Assembly: GCA_907165135.1 (NCBI GenBank)
Contig: OU015566.1
Span: 2,356,001 to 2,420,000, forward strand
Source: Oikopleura dioica
Taxonomy: Eukaryota > Animalia > Chordata
Reading direction: 5' to 3'
DNA: 64,000 nt
This document shows, piece by piece, positions 1-12,093 of this stretch; position 1 is the first letter of the stretch, and each line of letters begins with the position of its first letter. The translations under genes were made by a program, and so were the position numbers. Below the pieces are notes generated by a model. The model saw only the letters and a list, made by a program, of their open reading frames with translations. It did not search any database and was not told where the DNA came from.

Positions 1-107
1 TTTTGAACTTCATTTTCTTATTTTCTTTTTATTTTTCTAAGATTCACGATTTCGCCGTATTTTTGGGGACCCCCTCTAGTATAACAAAATCTTCAAACTC
101 CGACAAG

Positions 108-575
108 TTCAGACATCTGGATGCTCGGCGTCACCATTTGGCAGATCATGAATTCAGGTAAGCGGCAAAGCCGACCCGCATAAAATCGGGGTCAACTTAT
201 CTCCCCGATACCTAGGCGCCACGCCATATGGACACTTGTCCGGCCCGTCGCTCAAAGAAGAACTCTTCAGTTTACTCAAAGTTGACAGGCTCTCCATGAC
301 TCGATCCATTCCAGAGGTACTCATTCCATTGCCAAAAAACGCCCATAACCAAATTGTCTATTTAGCCACTTTACGGAGTCCTGAGTAACACATGGAAGCG
401 CGACGCGGAATTACGACCGGATATCGCGCAGATTAAAATTGACACCGACGACATCTTCTCGAAAGGTGCCCTTTTGATGATGACTAATTTCAAGCGTGTG
501 ACTTTTCTCTTTCTAGGTCCTTTGAAACCCGTCACCAAAAGAAAATTGACTCCCATCGTTACTGAGAAGTTTTGA
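108..575 (+). CDS. Protein tyrosine kinase, 3' exons only (gene starts before the window)
   Basis: Spliced reading SDIWMLGVTIWQIMNSG|ATPYGHLSG...IPE|PLYGVLSNTWKRDAELRPDIAQI...K|GPLKPVTKRKLTPIVTEKF*; kinase subdomains IX-XI; three short GT-AG introns. Confidence 0.8.
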
Positions 576-1603
576 CTGCTTTGACTGCTCAAGAAATATT
601 TTCATGAGATTTCATGAAAAATCGCAAAATCGATGTTGACACCCTTAAAACCCATTTTTTGATCAGAAATTAAATAAAAAAGCGTAGTAATTCTAATTTA
701 AAATTTGTAAAGGCATTACTACGGCGCATGAAAATGAGCATTTTCTAGAGTAGTAGAAGCGTCTGGCTAATCCAACGCGGCGGATCGTCTAAGCGCCAAA
801 TTTCTCTCCAGTTCTAAAAACATTCTTTTTGCCCGGTTTGGTATGCAAGCTGGCGATAAGACATTACCGCATGTTTCGTGTTTCAACAAACGATCTATAA
901 AAAATGTCCAAACCGCTGCCTGAAATAACTTTTCCAAATATATTTTTTTTCGCCAAAAATAACGGATTAAATAATCGGATTAGTTTTGAAGTTATTAAAG
1001 CCGATGAGATACTAATTGAGCAAGAAAATGATTGAAGTTTACGATTAAAACCCACTGAACGACCAATTTCCCGTGGTTAATTGCTCAAGTTTAAAATGAT
1101 CACTTCCTTTTTTCATGACAACTCATTCTTAAAAAATGACAATTTTTTGTCTTTTTTTTTGGATCAATTTTTCTCCAAAAGGAAAAAAATTCGTCGATTT
1201 TAAAAATTCAAAAACGGTGAAAAATATGTAAAACAAAATGTTTATGACCACTCTTCCCGCGTTTGAAATTGTGTCGGTTAGAGAACGGTACTTGGCAGAT
1301 TCGCATGTTGGCGTTCCAGGCTGTTGACCCACGTGACTTGGCGGGTTACAAAGATTTATGGCGAATGCACAAATACCGATCTATCGAATTTTTTGTCATT
1401 TATGTCGGACCACTTGTCGCGTTTCCGCTCTCGCTGCCCCGTAATGGGAAAGCGAGTTTTGGAATCGCCTCAAAAATGCACAGAAAAATGAATAAGGATG
1501 AATTTTTCTTGATCGAAAAATACAGAAAAAAGAATAAATTTAGTTCCTTTGAAGCTTTCAATTAAAAAATAAACCTCAGGAAGAAGTCAAAAAGGGTCTT
1601 GGA

Positions 1604-1932
1604 AGCAAATCAAAGAACCTGCCCTTATTTCTCAAATCTTGAGCCAAGGAAGAAGCGCTGGGAACGGCGATATTGACTGTAAACTGCGTGATACAATCTG
1701 GCGGAAGGGTTTAACTCGCCTGGGAAGGTGTAATCTGTTTTTTTTGTCAATAAATGCAAATGATTTGAAAAAGACCAGGTTTAAAAATATTATTGAAAAA
1801 AAAATGCATTTCTCCGGAAGAATGAATTTCTAGAGCCGTGGAAACAGGTGTTGCCGTGGCAGGGAAAAGCGGATTAGGACGGAAATAGGGTTGAGGGTGA
1901 TTTTTGATAAGCGGAAAATCGCAAAGTCGCAA
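1604..1932 (-). CDS. Possible exons of an unidentified small gene
   Basis: Open frames PQPYFRPNPLFPATATPVSTAL and YTFPGELNPSARLYHAVYSQYRRSQRFFLGSRFEK* separated by an AT-rich intron-like gap; donor and start unresolved. Confidence 0.25.
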
Positions 1933-2367
1933 AAATAAAAATCGTTGAGCGCGCGCGGGGGAAGCCGTTACCGTCGCCGGATCAGGAGTCGATACGATTG
2001 ATGAGTTTTCGAGAGGCGAAACAGGAAACCCAAGAATTATAATTTTCGCGTTTCTGCGGTTATTATTATAATTAACGAGCTCTCCTGTTTCCGTATTGAT
2101 TTATAGTCAAAATCCATGCATGCTTTTTTGGCAATAAAATCAAAGATAAGTTTTTTTTTGACTCAGAAGATACACCCTTTAGCCCCCCTTTAGCCCAAAA
2201 TCCGTGATACTCCCCCTTGAGAAGTGCAATCGCTTGACTATACTTGTGTTGCCCTCGACTTACTATTTGGATACGCAACGAGCAAAGAAATTTTCGAAAA
2301 TTTTAAGGGGATCACCCCGAAATCACTGTTTAAAAATGTTATTCCCACTCGACGTTCGGGTCCTTAA

Positions 2368-2753
2368 GGGGGTAGAAACAGCTTTTTTCCGAAAAAGGCG
2401 ATTTTTGACCGGCGCTACAGACAAGATAATCTTACATTTTCAAATTTTCTCTTCAGGTTTAGATAGATACATCTTAGATCTAGGAACCTCTCTCTCGAAA
2501 TTTGTTTTAGCCATCAAATTTTTGAGTAAGCGGGTTCAGAAGCAACTCATCTCTCCGAAATTCTCGATTTTCGCAAATTTTTAAACACGTATATCTCGAG
2601 TCCCCTGATAGTTAAACAAGTTTCATTCACATTTTTGTGAAGCTCAACCCTTTTTCTAGGAACATTTGCGAGGAAATTCCGTGAACATAAATAAATCGTA
2701 TGCTTTCTTTTATGTAGCTGCAGTCCAAAATCGAGAAAGCTGTTTCTACCCCC
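2368..2753. mobile_element. Kolobok-type MITE family A, copy 1
   Basis: TTAA at 2364-2367 and 2754-2757; TIR GGGGGTAGAAACAGCTTT; interior similar to 50251-50728 and 62282-63917. Confidence 0.85.
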
Positions 2754-3723
2754 TTAAACACAGTTACCGAGCCCAGAAGACAGAAAAAATCTTGGGCGCT
2801 GATAAGAATCTCATATCCCCCTTCCGTAAAATCCGGCCCTGACCGCGTTAAGGATCTCACCTCTTTTCTTATCAACCTCAAGATTATTTGAAATTTTCCC
2901 ATGAAGACTTAGAAAAAGAAAGAATCTTAAAATCTTCAATCGGCCCATTTCCGAGCTCGATTCTAATCCTGGCGCCTTCTTGACCAGAACTTGCCGGAAA
3001 TTCGAACAAAAGAAGCTATTTTTTTATCTTATTTTCTACTGTAAAATTGAGCTTATGCCGGGTGAGAAGTTTTTGGAAGGAAAAAGGACTGGGAGACTTT
3101 GAAGTACTTGAGGAAGTTGATTTTGGATTAAACTGTCGCATTTTTCGATAATCACCTGGCAACAAACCAAGCGCTTCAAATTCGATTTAAAATTGGTACT
3201 TCTTAGTTAGGGTTAGCCCAGGTTAATTCGAAGCTGCGATGCAATTGTCATTTGACATGAACTTTTCTTCATTCATTTTACGAATCACAAATCGGGCATT
3301 TTTTTGAGATTTCTGACAGTTTTCTAAAGATTTTGACGAAAAAAACTTGATCCTAACGCAAAATCTTGCTCCTGAACGTAGATTTTTTTCAGAATTATTC
3401 AAGAAATCAAACGGATAAGTGGTTACTGCTATTTTAGGAGCAAAATTTGATTCAGCGTTAAAAATTATCTTCATCTGTAGATTAACAATGAGATACCCTT
3501 AAATCATTTTCCCGAAAACCGTCCTTTATTATGGAAGAATTATAAACCAACTCATTTTTTCAAAAAATTCCAGCGCCGTCAGTCGCAAACGCGTTTTCAA
3601 CGGCAGAGCCCGCAATTTTTTGCGCGCCAAGCCGTTGAGAATCAAAAGCTGTTTGAGCTGGGCTTGATCCGGTGGTGGCGCTGAGCTAGTCACGTACTAG
3701 CGCTCTTCCCCTCTTTTCGCCGC

Positions 3724-3730
3724 TATAAAA
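3724..3730 (+). promoter_or_regulatory. TATA box in a GC-rich promoter
   Basis: TATAAAA flanked by TTCGCCGC and GCGCCGCGAA; E2F-like TTGGCGCGCAAA on the minus strand at about 3630-3641. Confidence 0.55.
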
Positions 3731-3754
3731 GCGCCGCGAAAAAGGTGAATTTCG

Positions 3755-4930
3755 TCGTCAACAAAAAATGTTTTCAAAAACGTAAAAAAAAATAAATTTT
3801 TCCACCAAAAAAAAAATAATTTTTCTCGAAAAATTTTCAAATTCTTTCGAGTTTTTTCAAAAATCCAAAAAAAAATCAATTTTTTTCAACCCGAGACGGC
3901 CGTGCCACTGCCGAAATGTTCACTGCCCTGAAAATAGAAAAAAATGCCGAGACAGAAAATCCCGAGCTCCAAAAACGCCAAAAAACGACGAAAAAAAAAC
4001 CAAAAAACAACCAAAAAAATGCAACAACTCCAACAAAAAAAAATTGCTGCCGATTCCTTCGACTGACGATTCGGACGATTTAGATTCGGTGCACTGCCAA
4101 AACCAACTTTTTTTTTTGCTTTTTTGAGGCGAATGATGGATTAAGGTGACCAAGAGAGATATTTTCGAAAGAGAGTTTTTTTCGAAGTGAACCCCCTTAA
4201 GTCAAAAACAAGAAACAAAAGGAAAGCGCTTTTTATGGCTAGATCCTTAAGTTTTCTAACTTTTGTAAATTGATCCCCTTAAGACTTAAGGGTACCCTCT
4301 CACTTTTATTCAAAAACTCATTCATCAAAATTCTCTCCATCCCCTTAATCCCTCTTTCGCCTGAAAAAAGCAAAATCCGAGAAATCGTCTTTTTCGAAAA
4401 TTCACGTGTATCCCCTTAATTTATAGCGGGCTAAGGGGATATTCTTACCTGAATTTTCAAAAGACCTATTTTCTCGCCTAGACCAATTTTAGAGCCTGAC
4501 AAAAACATGTTCACACTGCCACTTTTATGATTTAAAATTTTTTTTAACTCGCTACCGATCACTGCCAAATTTTCGGTCTTTTTTATGCCAAGAAATTGTT
4601 TCTCGAAACGATTCGCGAATTTTTTCGAGAAAACTTTTTCTTACCTACTTCGCCAAACATTCCAAACTTTTTCTTTTCGCCCTTTTTCGTGTTAATTTGC
4701 CCACTGCCAAAATTTAAAAAGAATTTCGCCTTTTTGTAATTTTGAAATTTCCAAAAACCAATTGTATTGTGACTGTATTACTTCTTGACTGTATGAAATT
4801 AAAATAGTTTTTTTTGATGAAATAAATTCTTTAATTTTAAATCTACTCGACTTTGTTCATTACGCAGGATAATTTTGTTTATCAAAAGCAAAAAAAAAAT
4901 GAAAAATTTAATAAAGCAGCATTTTACGAA
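3755..4930 (+). ncRNA. Candidate lncRNA or micro-ORF transcript with clustered seed-match sites
   Basis: Upstream TATA; only a 55-aa low-complexity ORF from ATG 3916; 6 CACTGCC and 4 CCCCTTAA on the plus strand; TGTA motifs and AATAAA near 4820 and 4910. Confidence 0.4.
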
Positions 4931-6433
4931 AAAAAACAGCGCAAAACTCAATCTTTTCCTATATTTCCTAAAACATATTTTTCATGAGAAAATAGCTCTT
5001 TTATGAGCCGTTTAAACGACTCATAAACCCAGTTTTTTAAACACGCGCGTAAAATTAGTTTTCACTCGCGCATAATTTTTAAAACTCGCCGGAGACAGGA
5101 GTAATAGAATTGAAAAAAACTGATTCAAATAGATTTGGAAAATGAATGTTGAAACTGAAAAATTTGGACGTGACTTTTTTTCGCGCGCCTTTTTTTTTCT
5201 GGGGCAAGCAGGAGGGTCAGCCAAGTTCGAGAATGAACGGAGTGGCTTTCCGGCATTTCGGAGAAGATTATGGTTTGATCGAATATTTTCATTGCGTTAT
5301 TCTTACGGGGGGATTTATTAATTTTATAAGAAAAAATTAAATTCGAGAAATAATTTTATTTATCATAAGAAATTTATGATTTTTACCATATTTTTATAGT
5401 AAGAAAAAATTGGTTTGGTCAAAAAAATTAAGGGTATCATGTCATTTCTGACACCTTTATTTGGAAATTTCGAGCAATAAGTTGTTCGAAAAAAATAATT
5501 GTCGGAATTCATGACACAATATCTTTCTTTCCAGAAAAAGCACTTGACTCCGTGATTAAAAGATTAGATTGCCAATTCAGACGATTCTCAATAACGTTCT
5601 CGAACTGAACTTTTGACCCTGTTTGAGTTCATCTAACGAATAGAATGTTCGAAAAGGTTCGCTTGATTATTGATTTTTTGAAGAGTCTATTTTTTCCAAG
5701 AAGGTCGTTTCCGGTTCGAAAATGAGTTTTCATTTTGAATCTTCAATTTCCGCTCGCTAGAACGCTTTTCTAAAGAGGCCAGAAGTTGATCTCTTGAAAA
5801 TCTGTTTTGATAAGCTGCTGCTTATCTCACTCATCGTGATTGGCGGCTTTTTCGAGATGGAAAGAGCTTCCGACTTTTTAGCGGTTTTTGCGCTTTTCGG
5901 CGACTTGCGAAATTGCAAATCGACGATTCCGAGATTTTTTCTTTTTCAAGTGCGAAAATTCAAAAGATTGACCTTGAAAAGATGGTCCAAGCCCGCGAAA
6001 TTCCGCAAAATGAGTCGCCTCTGAATAGTTCTGTTCAAATATTTCAGCACTGTGAGACCCGGAAGAACATCTTGCGATAAAACAACCAAAATTTCGCGCA
6101 AAAATGTCAAAAAATGACGAAAAAAATTAAAATTTAACCAACTCGCGTATCTTTTTTTAGGTCTTACAAAAGACTGATTTAATTCACTTAACATTTCTTA
6201 GAATCTTCTTTTGCAACATTGACGCCAAATCTTTATTTATTGAAACAAGACAGCTTTTAACTGATGTTGCTTCAAGCATTAATTAATTCCAAAGCAAGGG
6301 TATTTAATGACATCCTCCTGTCTCAAATCTCGACATAAAAATCCGCTGAGAGGAATCAGCTGCGATTTACCCCTTCCAACTCGAAATAAAAAAGAGGGAC
6401 ACGAGCGATTTTATCTTCGAAAAAAAAATTGAG

Positions 6434-6683
6434 ATGAGAGTTTTTCTGATAATAGCGAGCTTGGTTTCTCTCCTTGAAGGTACTGTAAAAACTGTGAAGA
6501 TTGAAAATTTTGAAATTTTAAGGCGCCGTTTTCTCGAAAAATGACGATGGAAGTATGAATTTTAAATCAGAAGGGACCGAAGACGTTTACAAACGAGAGT
6601 CGATGAGGATTCCTCAACAAGATCTGATGCGATTCTTCATCGATTATTTCGACGGAAATTCACCATCCTATGCATTTATCTGA
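6434..6683 (+). CDS. 68-aa secreted peptide precursor
   Basis: MRVFLIIASLVSLLEG|AVFSKNDDGSMNFKSEGTEDVYKRESMRIPQQDLMRFFIDYFDGNSPSYAFI*; 43-nt GT-AG intron 6480-6522; signal peptide and KR site. Confidence 0.7.
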
Positions 6684-7357
6684 GCTGCTCTGACAAAGCT
6701 TCGAATAAAATTTTGCCAAGTGATAGCAAGGAAGAAATTATTTCTTATGATTTTTCTTTATTCTTTAGCATTATTTTTAATCAAAGAGAATCCGAATTCA
6801 TCCAGGCTGAAACCATACTGTATAAATTTTCTGTAGATTCCTTCAAATTCTGCATTGGATAGTTATCATCTTTTATAAGGTCGGAAAATGCGTTTTTGCA
6901 AGCGATTCTTTCAAAGTAAATTTCATAGCCCGGTCGAAAGTCTTTCTTTACTTCAAACTATCAAAAAAAGAGAATTTTTTTTTCTGATGAGAGGAGTGAA
7001 GTTTTTCCCTGGCTTCGGCTTTTCCAGCGGGGGCTGCTGTAAGAAACTTGGGATCATTATTTTTTGGTTTTTCTATCTTCTATCTTTGCCATTTGTTTTT
7101 GTTAACTTGATTTTCTGGTAATCATATGAACTCTTTTATTAAACAAGAATTAGGCCTATCGCATTTTGTTTTCGGAAATGCTGCTGTCGAAGTTGTTGCT
7201 GCAGGCATTTCAAATATCGAGATGAGCTTATCATGGCCATCTGCGGATTCTTGGTCTATGGAGCCTTCCTGTATCCATTTTCAGTTCTTACTTTTTGCAT
7301 CGGAATAGCTGGATGTTGTGCCTCATTGTTCATTTTTATCAAACTTGCGATTTTAGG

Positions 7358-7880
7358 ATGCCAAGGTTTGCTAACTGACTGATTTTTTACATTTCTTCAA
7401 TGATTTTTATTTCTTGCTTTCAGAAAAGAAACGACGGAAACGAAGATATCGTCAACAAGAACAAAATCGCCATAATTGGTTGAGACTCCAAAGGAACCGC
7501 GAAGAACAAGAAAGAAGAGAACGGGAACGAGAACAAGAAAGGCGAAATCAAGCATATTATAGTGAAGAAAGTGATGACTCATCAGGGAGTGTTTTATTTC
7601 GAAAAAATGCAATCATTCTTCGGTACGGGGGCTCTTCGCCCTATTTTTCGTTAAAAGTTCCGCGTAAAACAAACTCAAAGTTGACTATGGCAGAGCTATT
7701 GCCGGTCTCGCTGCGGGTGCTGTTCTTTATCAAGCGGCAAGAGAAGCTGCTGAAGAGCGGGCAAGAAGAGAGTACGTTCCAACCATCAGTCAGCAATTGA
7801 CATTTGCGAGACTTCAAGAAACTGATGATGGTTTACGATTACAAGGTTTTCGAATCAATCGTGAATTTAGCTTGACATAA
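7358..7880 (+). CDS. Small basic, charged protein of unknown function
   Basis: MPR|KKRRKRRYRQQEQ...SDDSSG|DYGRAIAGLAAGAVLYQAAREAAEERARREYVPTISQQLTFARLQ...FSLT*; TTTTAG acceptor directly before the ATG. Confidence 0.55.
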
Positions 7881-9472
7881 TTTTTCTGCATTTATATCCC
7901 ATCAATAGAATAAAATAAATCCAATTTCAACGACCAAGTCTCCGAATTCTATTAAAAATTATATTTTGAATTATCTTTGAATAAAAAAGCGAAGAAATTC
8001 GTTCCTGAAAAGAAACAGTAATTAGGCGCGCACTTGTGATCATCTCGAAGTAGCCACTACTATTTACCGCAATCGCCTGTTCCCGATCGATCAGTTTGTT
8101 CTCCTTTATTTTCTCCTTATTCCTTTCATTAAAAAAAAACTTCGCCTCATCAAAACACCGTCAGAGACAAATTCACTAATGGATCCGTGCGCAGAAGACG
8201 AAATAACAAAAGCATTCCACCAGGTTTTAAGAGATTCTCTTCCTTGATTTTTTAAATGATTTCTTTGAAAAAGTTTATTCCCTTGGCAATTACGCTTACT
8301 TTAATCCTCTGTCCGCTGATTCTTTGGCAACTGTTGATCCTTTTATCCCCTCCAAGATCTTCTGACCAATTTGGTAGACCGATTATTCCGGTCAAGAAAG
8401 ATAAGATATTCTCTGCACTTTATGAGAACCCGGCTGGGGTCAGAAACGGAACGTTAGTTTTTTGAGTCAAAAACATTCCTTGAAGCTATTTCAGAAATCA
8501 CTCAACATCGGAAAAATACATCCCGAAAAATTCTTATCGAAGTCCGAAATACGACCGCAGCAAAATCGACGCCATCTACGGCACGCGAATTTAAAATGGC
8601 AATATATAGTATGTTCTTTATTCATTTCTAAATATACAGTAGCAAAGAGTACAATATACAGAAAATCGTTTGTCATGCTTTTCGTTTTTTGAATTGTCAT
8701 CTCTTCCAATTTTCTCGTGAAAGAGACCCGTCAAAAATGTTGTCTGAGCGGGAAAAATGATGTCCCCCGCTGAGTTTTGCTGATAAGGCTTCCGAGCTAG
8801 AGCCAGTCGATAAGTAGGTAAGGGCAACCGTCTTTGGCCAAGAAAAACTTAGTGCCTTACCAAAATTAAGGGGGAAAGAGGGAAGAAAAAATAAGGGTGT
8901 CAATGTGAATTGGAAAAATTCAGGTTAGGCCCTAATCAAAAAGCTCAAAAAGTTTTTGCCCTTTTGAATCGCCAAAAAAGCTTTCAAAATGTTTGGGTTC
9001 GTACTGAGTTTGAGTTGAACTTTTTTATTATGTTTTTTTATCATTTTTAGAGCTCATGATTATGTCATTTTCAAACGAATTATAAATATGATTGTCTCGT
9101 TGCTCGTCAAAATTGTTTCAAATGATGAATTTCGTGGCAACTTATTTACAAAAGATAAACTTTGTTACATATGTAAAACACTTGTTAAAATCCAAAGTGG
9201 ATCGACTTAAAAAATATTGTGATTAGGTACTTTTGATAAGGGTGTCTAGAAGCTACTCGACGGTGCCTTCTTACCAAGTTGAGCTTGTTGAGTTTCCATA
9301 TTCTGAAATAAGAAGATTAAGGGTGTCAATAGGAAAAATATTTTTTTGTTGGGTTAGGGTTAGGAATCGGGCCAAAAAAGAGAAATAGGCAAAATAATCT
9401 CCTCTGATTGGATAAAATTTTTTGGCTCGAAAACTAACCCTAACCCTTTCACGACTTTTTGAGCCAAAAAAT

Positions 9473-9631
9473 GGGGATGGTGTCTGGAACCGACAAAAAA
9501 ATTCGACAAATTTTGCGGGGGCGGCTACTCGGCTGCTGATTGGCCGGTTTGCCGGATACAGGCTTCTGATTGGTTGAAAATTTCCACGCAAAATTTGTCG
9601 AAATTTTTTTGTCGGTTCCAGACACCTCCCC
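9473..9631. mobile_element. CCAAT-bearing MITE, copy 1
   Basis: TIR GGGGA(T/G)GTGTCTGGAACCGACAAAAAA...TTCGACAAATTTTGCG; two internal ATTGG. Confidence 0.85.
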
Positions 9632-9643
9632 AAAAATGCCTTT

Positions 9644-11340
9644 TTAAAATTGTTTAGTAAAAAGTAAATATTTGTTCAACATGACAAGCTCGTAATAAGC
9701 TGCCCTCAGTGTCCTGTAATCCCTTTTTTTCATACCTGCTTGACAGAAGCCATTGGGTTTAATTTCATCCTGGCAGCACTCGAGATACGAAGTGTCATAC
9801 GTTTTGTCCAGGCAGCAGGATCGCTGCCCATTCCGCGAGTTGTAAGGCTGTCTGAAACAACGTTTTCATTAACCTTTTCAAAATTGTACGCTTATAATTT
9901 GTGCGCTTGAAAATTGCGAATTTTTCAATTTTCTAAGTGAGCGAAAAACTTGAAAACTTATAAGCAGCACGAAAGCGCTTTTTTTTCTAATGAATTCAAA
10001 ACGTGTTGTAAAACGAGCTTTTTTAATAAAAAAGAGCTGTCTGAAATTTTGTGTCAAAAAAGTCTGCTCTAGAATTTAATGATCGACCTAGTTTTTTCGA
10101 ATAATAATTTGATTTTCACAGTTAAAATCACGAGTGAGTAAAATTTAAAATCAACAATCTGATTGGTCGACAAATTTTTTTAAGCATTTTGATTGGTTTA
10201 CGATTAAAATTTGATAAAAATTCCTATTCTTGTTACCTGTAAGGGTATTCGCCACAGCATTGATCTGCTGGTGGTCCTCCTATGGCTGGACAATTGCCTT
10301 TCGAGTCGAAACCGCTGTTCTCAATATGCAAGGAAGAATCATATTGAGTAAACGTAGCTCGAAGTCCTTCGATCAGCATCTTATCACACTAAAATCGACA
10401 AGATATTGTCATGAAGCGACTAAGGGTATCACCTCGCAAAGGGCAGATCCACAGAGATCGTTTTCCGCGTCGCAGACAAGAGTTCTATCGCCGTTGATCA
10501 AGTCCTTCTGTCCAAAGATGCCGTAGCCGTGGGATGCATCGCAGGAAGCACCGTAGTCCATTTGGGCGCACTGGACGCATTGAGCGTGCATTTTGCAGAC
10601 ACTAAAGGAAAAATCAATTTAAGATTTTCACATAAAATTTTCGACGAAGAAACTTCCACTTACGAGTCAACCTCATCCATTGGCATTCCTCTCATCGCCA
10701 GATCATAGTTTTCGCCATGCGCCAAGCACCAGCATCCGTATCCCCACCAATCCAGAACATGTGGCTTTTCAATGCCTTCTTCGAGGTCGTTGAAGATGAA
10801 GCCCACCATTCTCTATCACGAAAATCAGCGGCAATCGAAAAAGACAGGAGGTACCTTGAGATGAATGTATCGCTCCCCGGCGTCGGTGGAAATTGACTCG
10901 AGTAGCCTAAAATCCTCGTCGCCTAAATCGCTTATGGTCCGGATGTTGGTGATTCCTGCCTCTTCAGCGAGATCGTCATTTATCTAAAAGTGCGATCGTC
11001 AGATAAGAGATTCCAGAGAGCGTTTTTTCTCACCTTGAATCGATAAATTTGAGCCTCTTGAATAGCATGAAGTTCGCGTCGTCGACGATGTCGGATTGCT
11101 GATCGACGAGATCTTAAAAAAATCAGGAAATATCAGTTTTCAATTTTGAAAAAAAAAAACCATAAAAAATTTTCAAAGGGTGAAATATGGTATTAACAGA
11201 TTGGTTTAAAATTTTGAGTTATCCTTGAAAATATAGACAGAAAATAACAAATTGATGACGCTTGATAGCTTTTTTTCCTACCTTTTATGATGTCTGCTTG
11301 CAAATATTTCGCTGGTGAGGAGGATCGTGGCGATTTTCAT
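9644..11340 (-). CDS. Secreted phospholipase A2-like protein with Cys-rich tail
   Basis: Signal MKIATILLTSEIFA; GYGCWC...PMDEVDS|VCKMHAQCVQC; CDAENDLCGSALCE|CD; CCGEYPYR|QPYN...CC...CC; 3' end uncertain. Confidence 0.75.
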
Positions 11341-11941
11341 TGCGGATTCTGAAAAACAATAGAATTTGGCCAGTCAAAAAATTTATAAAATGATCTTTTT
11401 CGAAATATTGATTTTTTTTTGAATTTTTTTGATAAAAGTTTTGTAAAAAATAAATTTCATCTCTTTTTTTCTGTACCAATGAGATTTTTTCTCACCTTGA
11501 TCGAATCTCTTGTCGTTTATTCTTGAAACCGTTCTTTACGAAATCTGAAAAACTCTCGAATGACGAGCTCGAGTACGTCAACATCCCCATATTCTTTCTC
11601 ATGATCGCTCAGGTGGCGCGCGCGAGCGAATCGCGCAAGCCAGTACTTTTGTGCTTATCCACGACAGCGTTGCGCCTGGCCGCGCACGTATTGTGATTAT
11701 TTTGCATCAAGCGATGCTCCCCAAATTATTCAATTAATCCGGGATCCGTGTTAAACAAATTCAACGTTCCGCGAAAACACGAAATGACCTTGCGCGATGA
11801 AAATAGACAATTCGTAAAGCTATTTTAGATGAAAGCAAATGAAACGTTTCTGATTCAAAAACATGCACTTTCTGAATAACTATCGATTGAAATAAGGGTA
11901 TCCCTACTCTTAATTTCAAAAATAAAGATAAAATTAATTTC

Positions 11942-12093
11942 TCGGCGTCAGAAACCGAAAAATATTCGACAAATTTTGCGTTGGAGGCTACTCGGCTGGT
12001 GATTGGCCAGTTAACCAAATTCAGGCTTCTGATTGGCCGAAAATGTCCGCGTTAAATTTTTCGAAATTTTTTCTCGGTCCCTGACACCTACCC
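11942..12093. mobile_element. CCAAT-bearing MITE, copy 2 (degenerate left TIR)
   Basis: Same interior TTCGACAAATTTTGCG...GGCTACTCGGCTG.TGATTGGCC...GGCTTCTGATTGG and right end GACACCTACCC. Confidence 0.75.

Noticed and set aside
82-84. In-frame TAA upstream of the kinase SDIW motif, suggesting a pseudogene
   Set aside because: An AG acceptor at 106-107 can place the stop in an intron; upstream exons are outside the window
2204-2902. ORF-track frames containing KGVETAF (also 61950-62369)
   Set aside because: The shared peptide is translation of the family A TIR, not a protein repeat
4500-4525. Minus-strand TGGCAGTGTG as a miR-34 gene
   Set aside because: Similarity stops after 10 nt and I see no pairing arm for a precursor hairpin
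8256-8903. Short ORFs on both strands
   Set aside because: I could not build a consistent spliced model or recognise a domain
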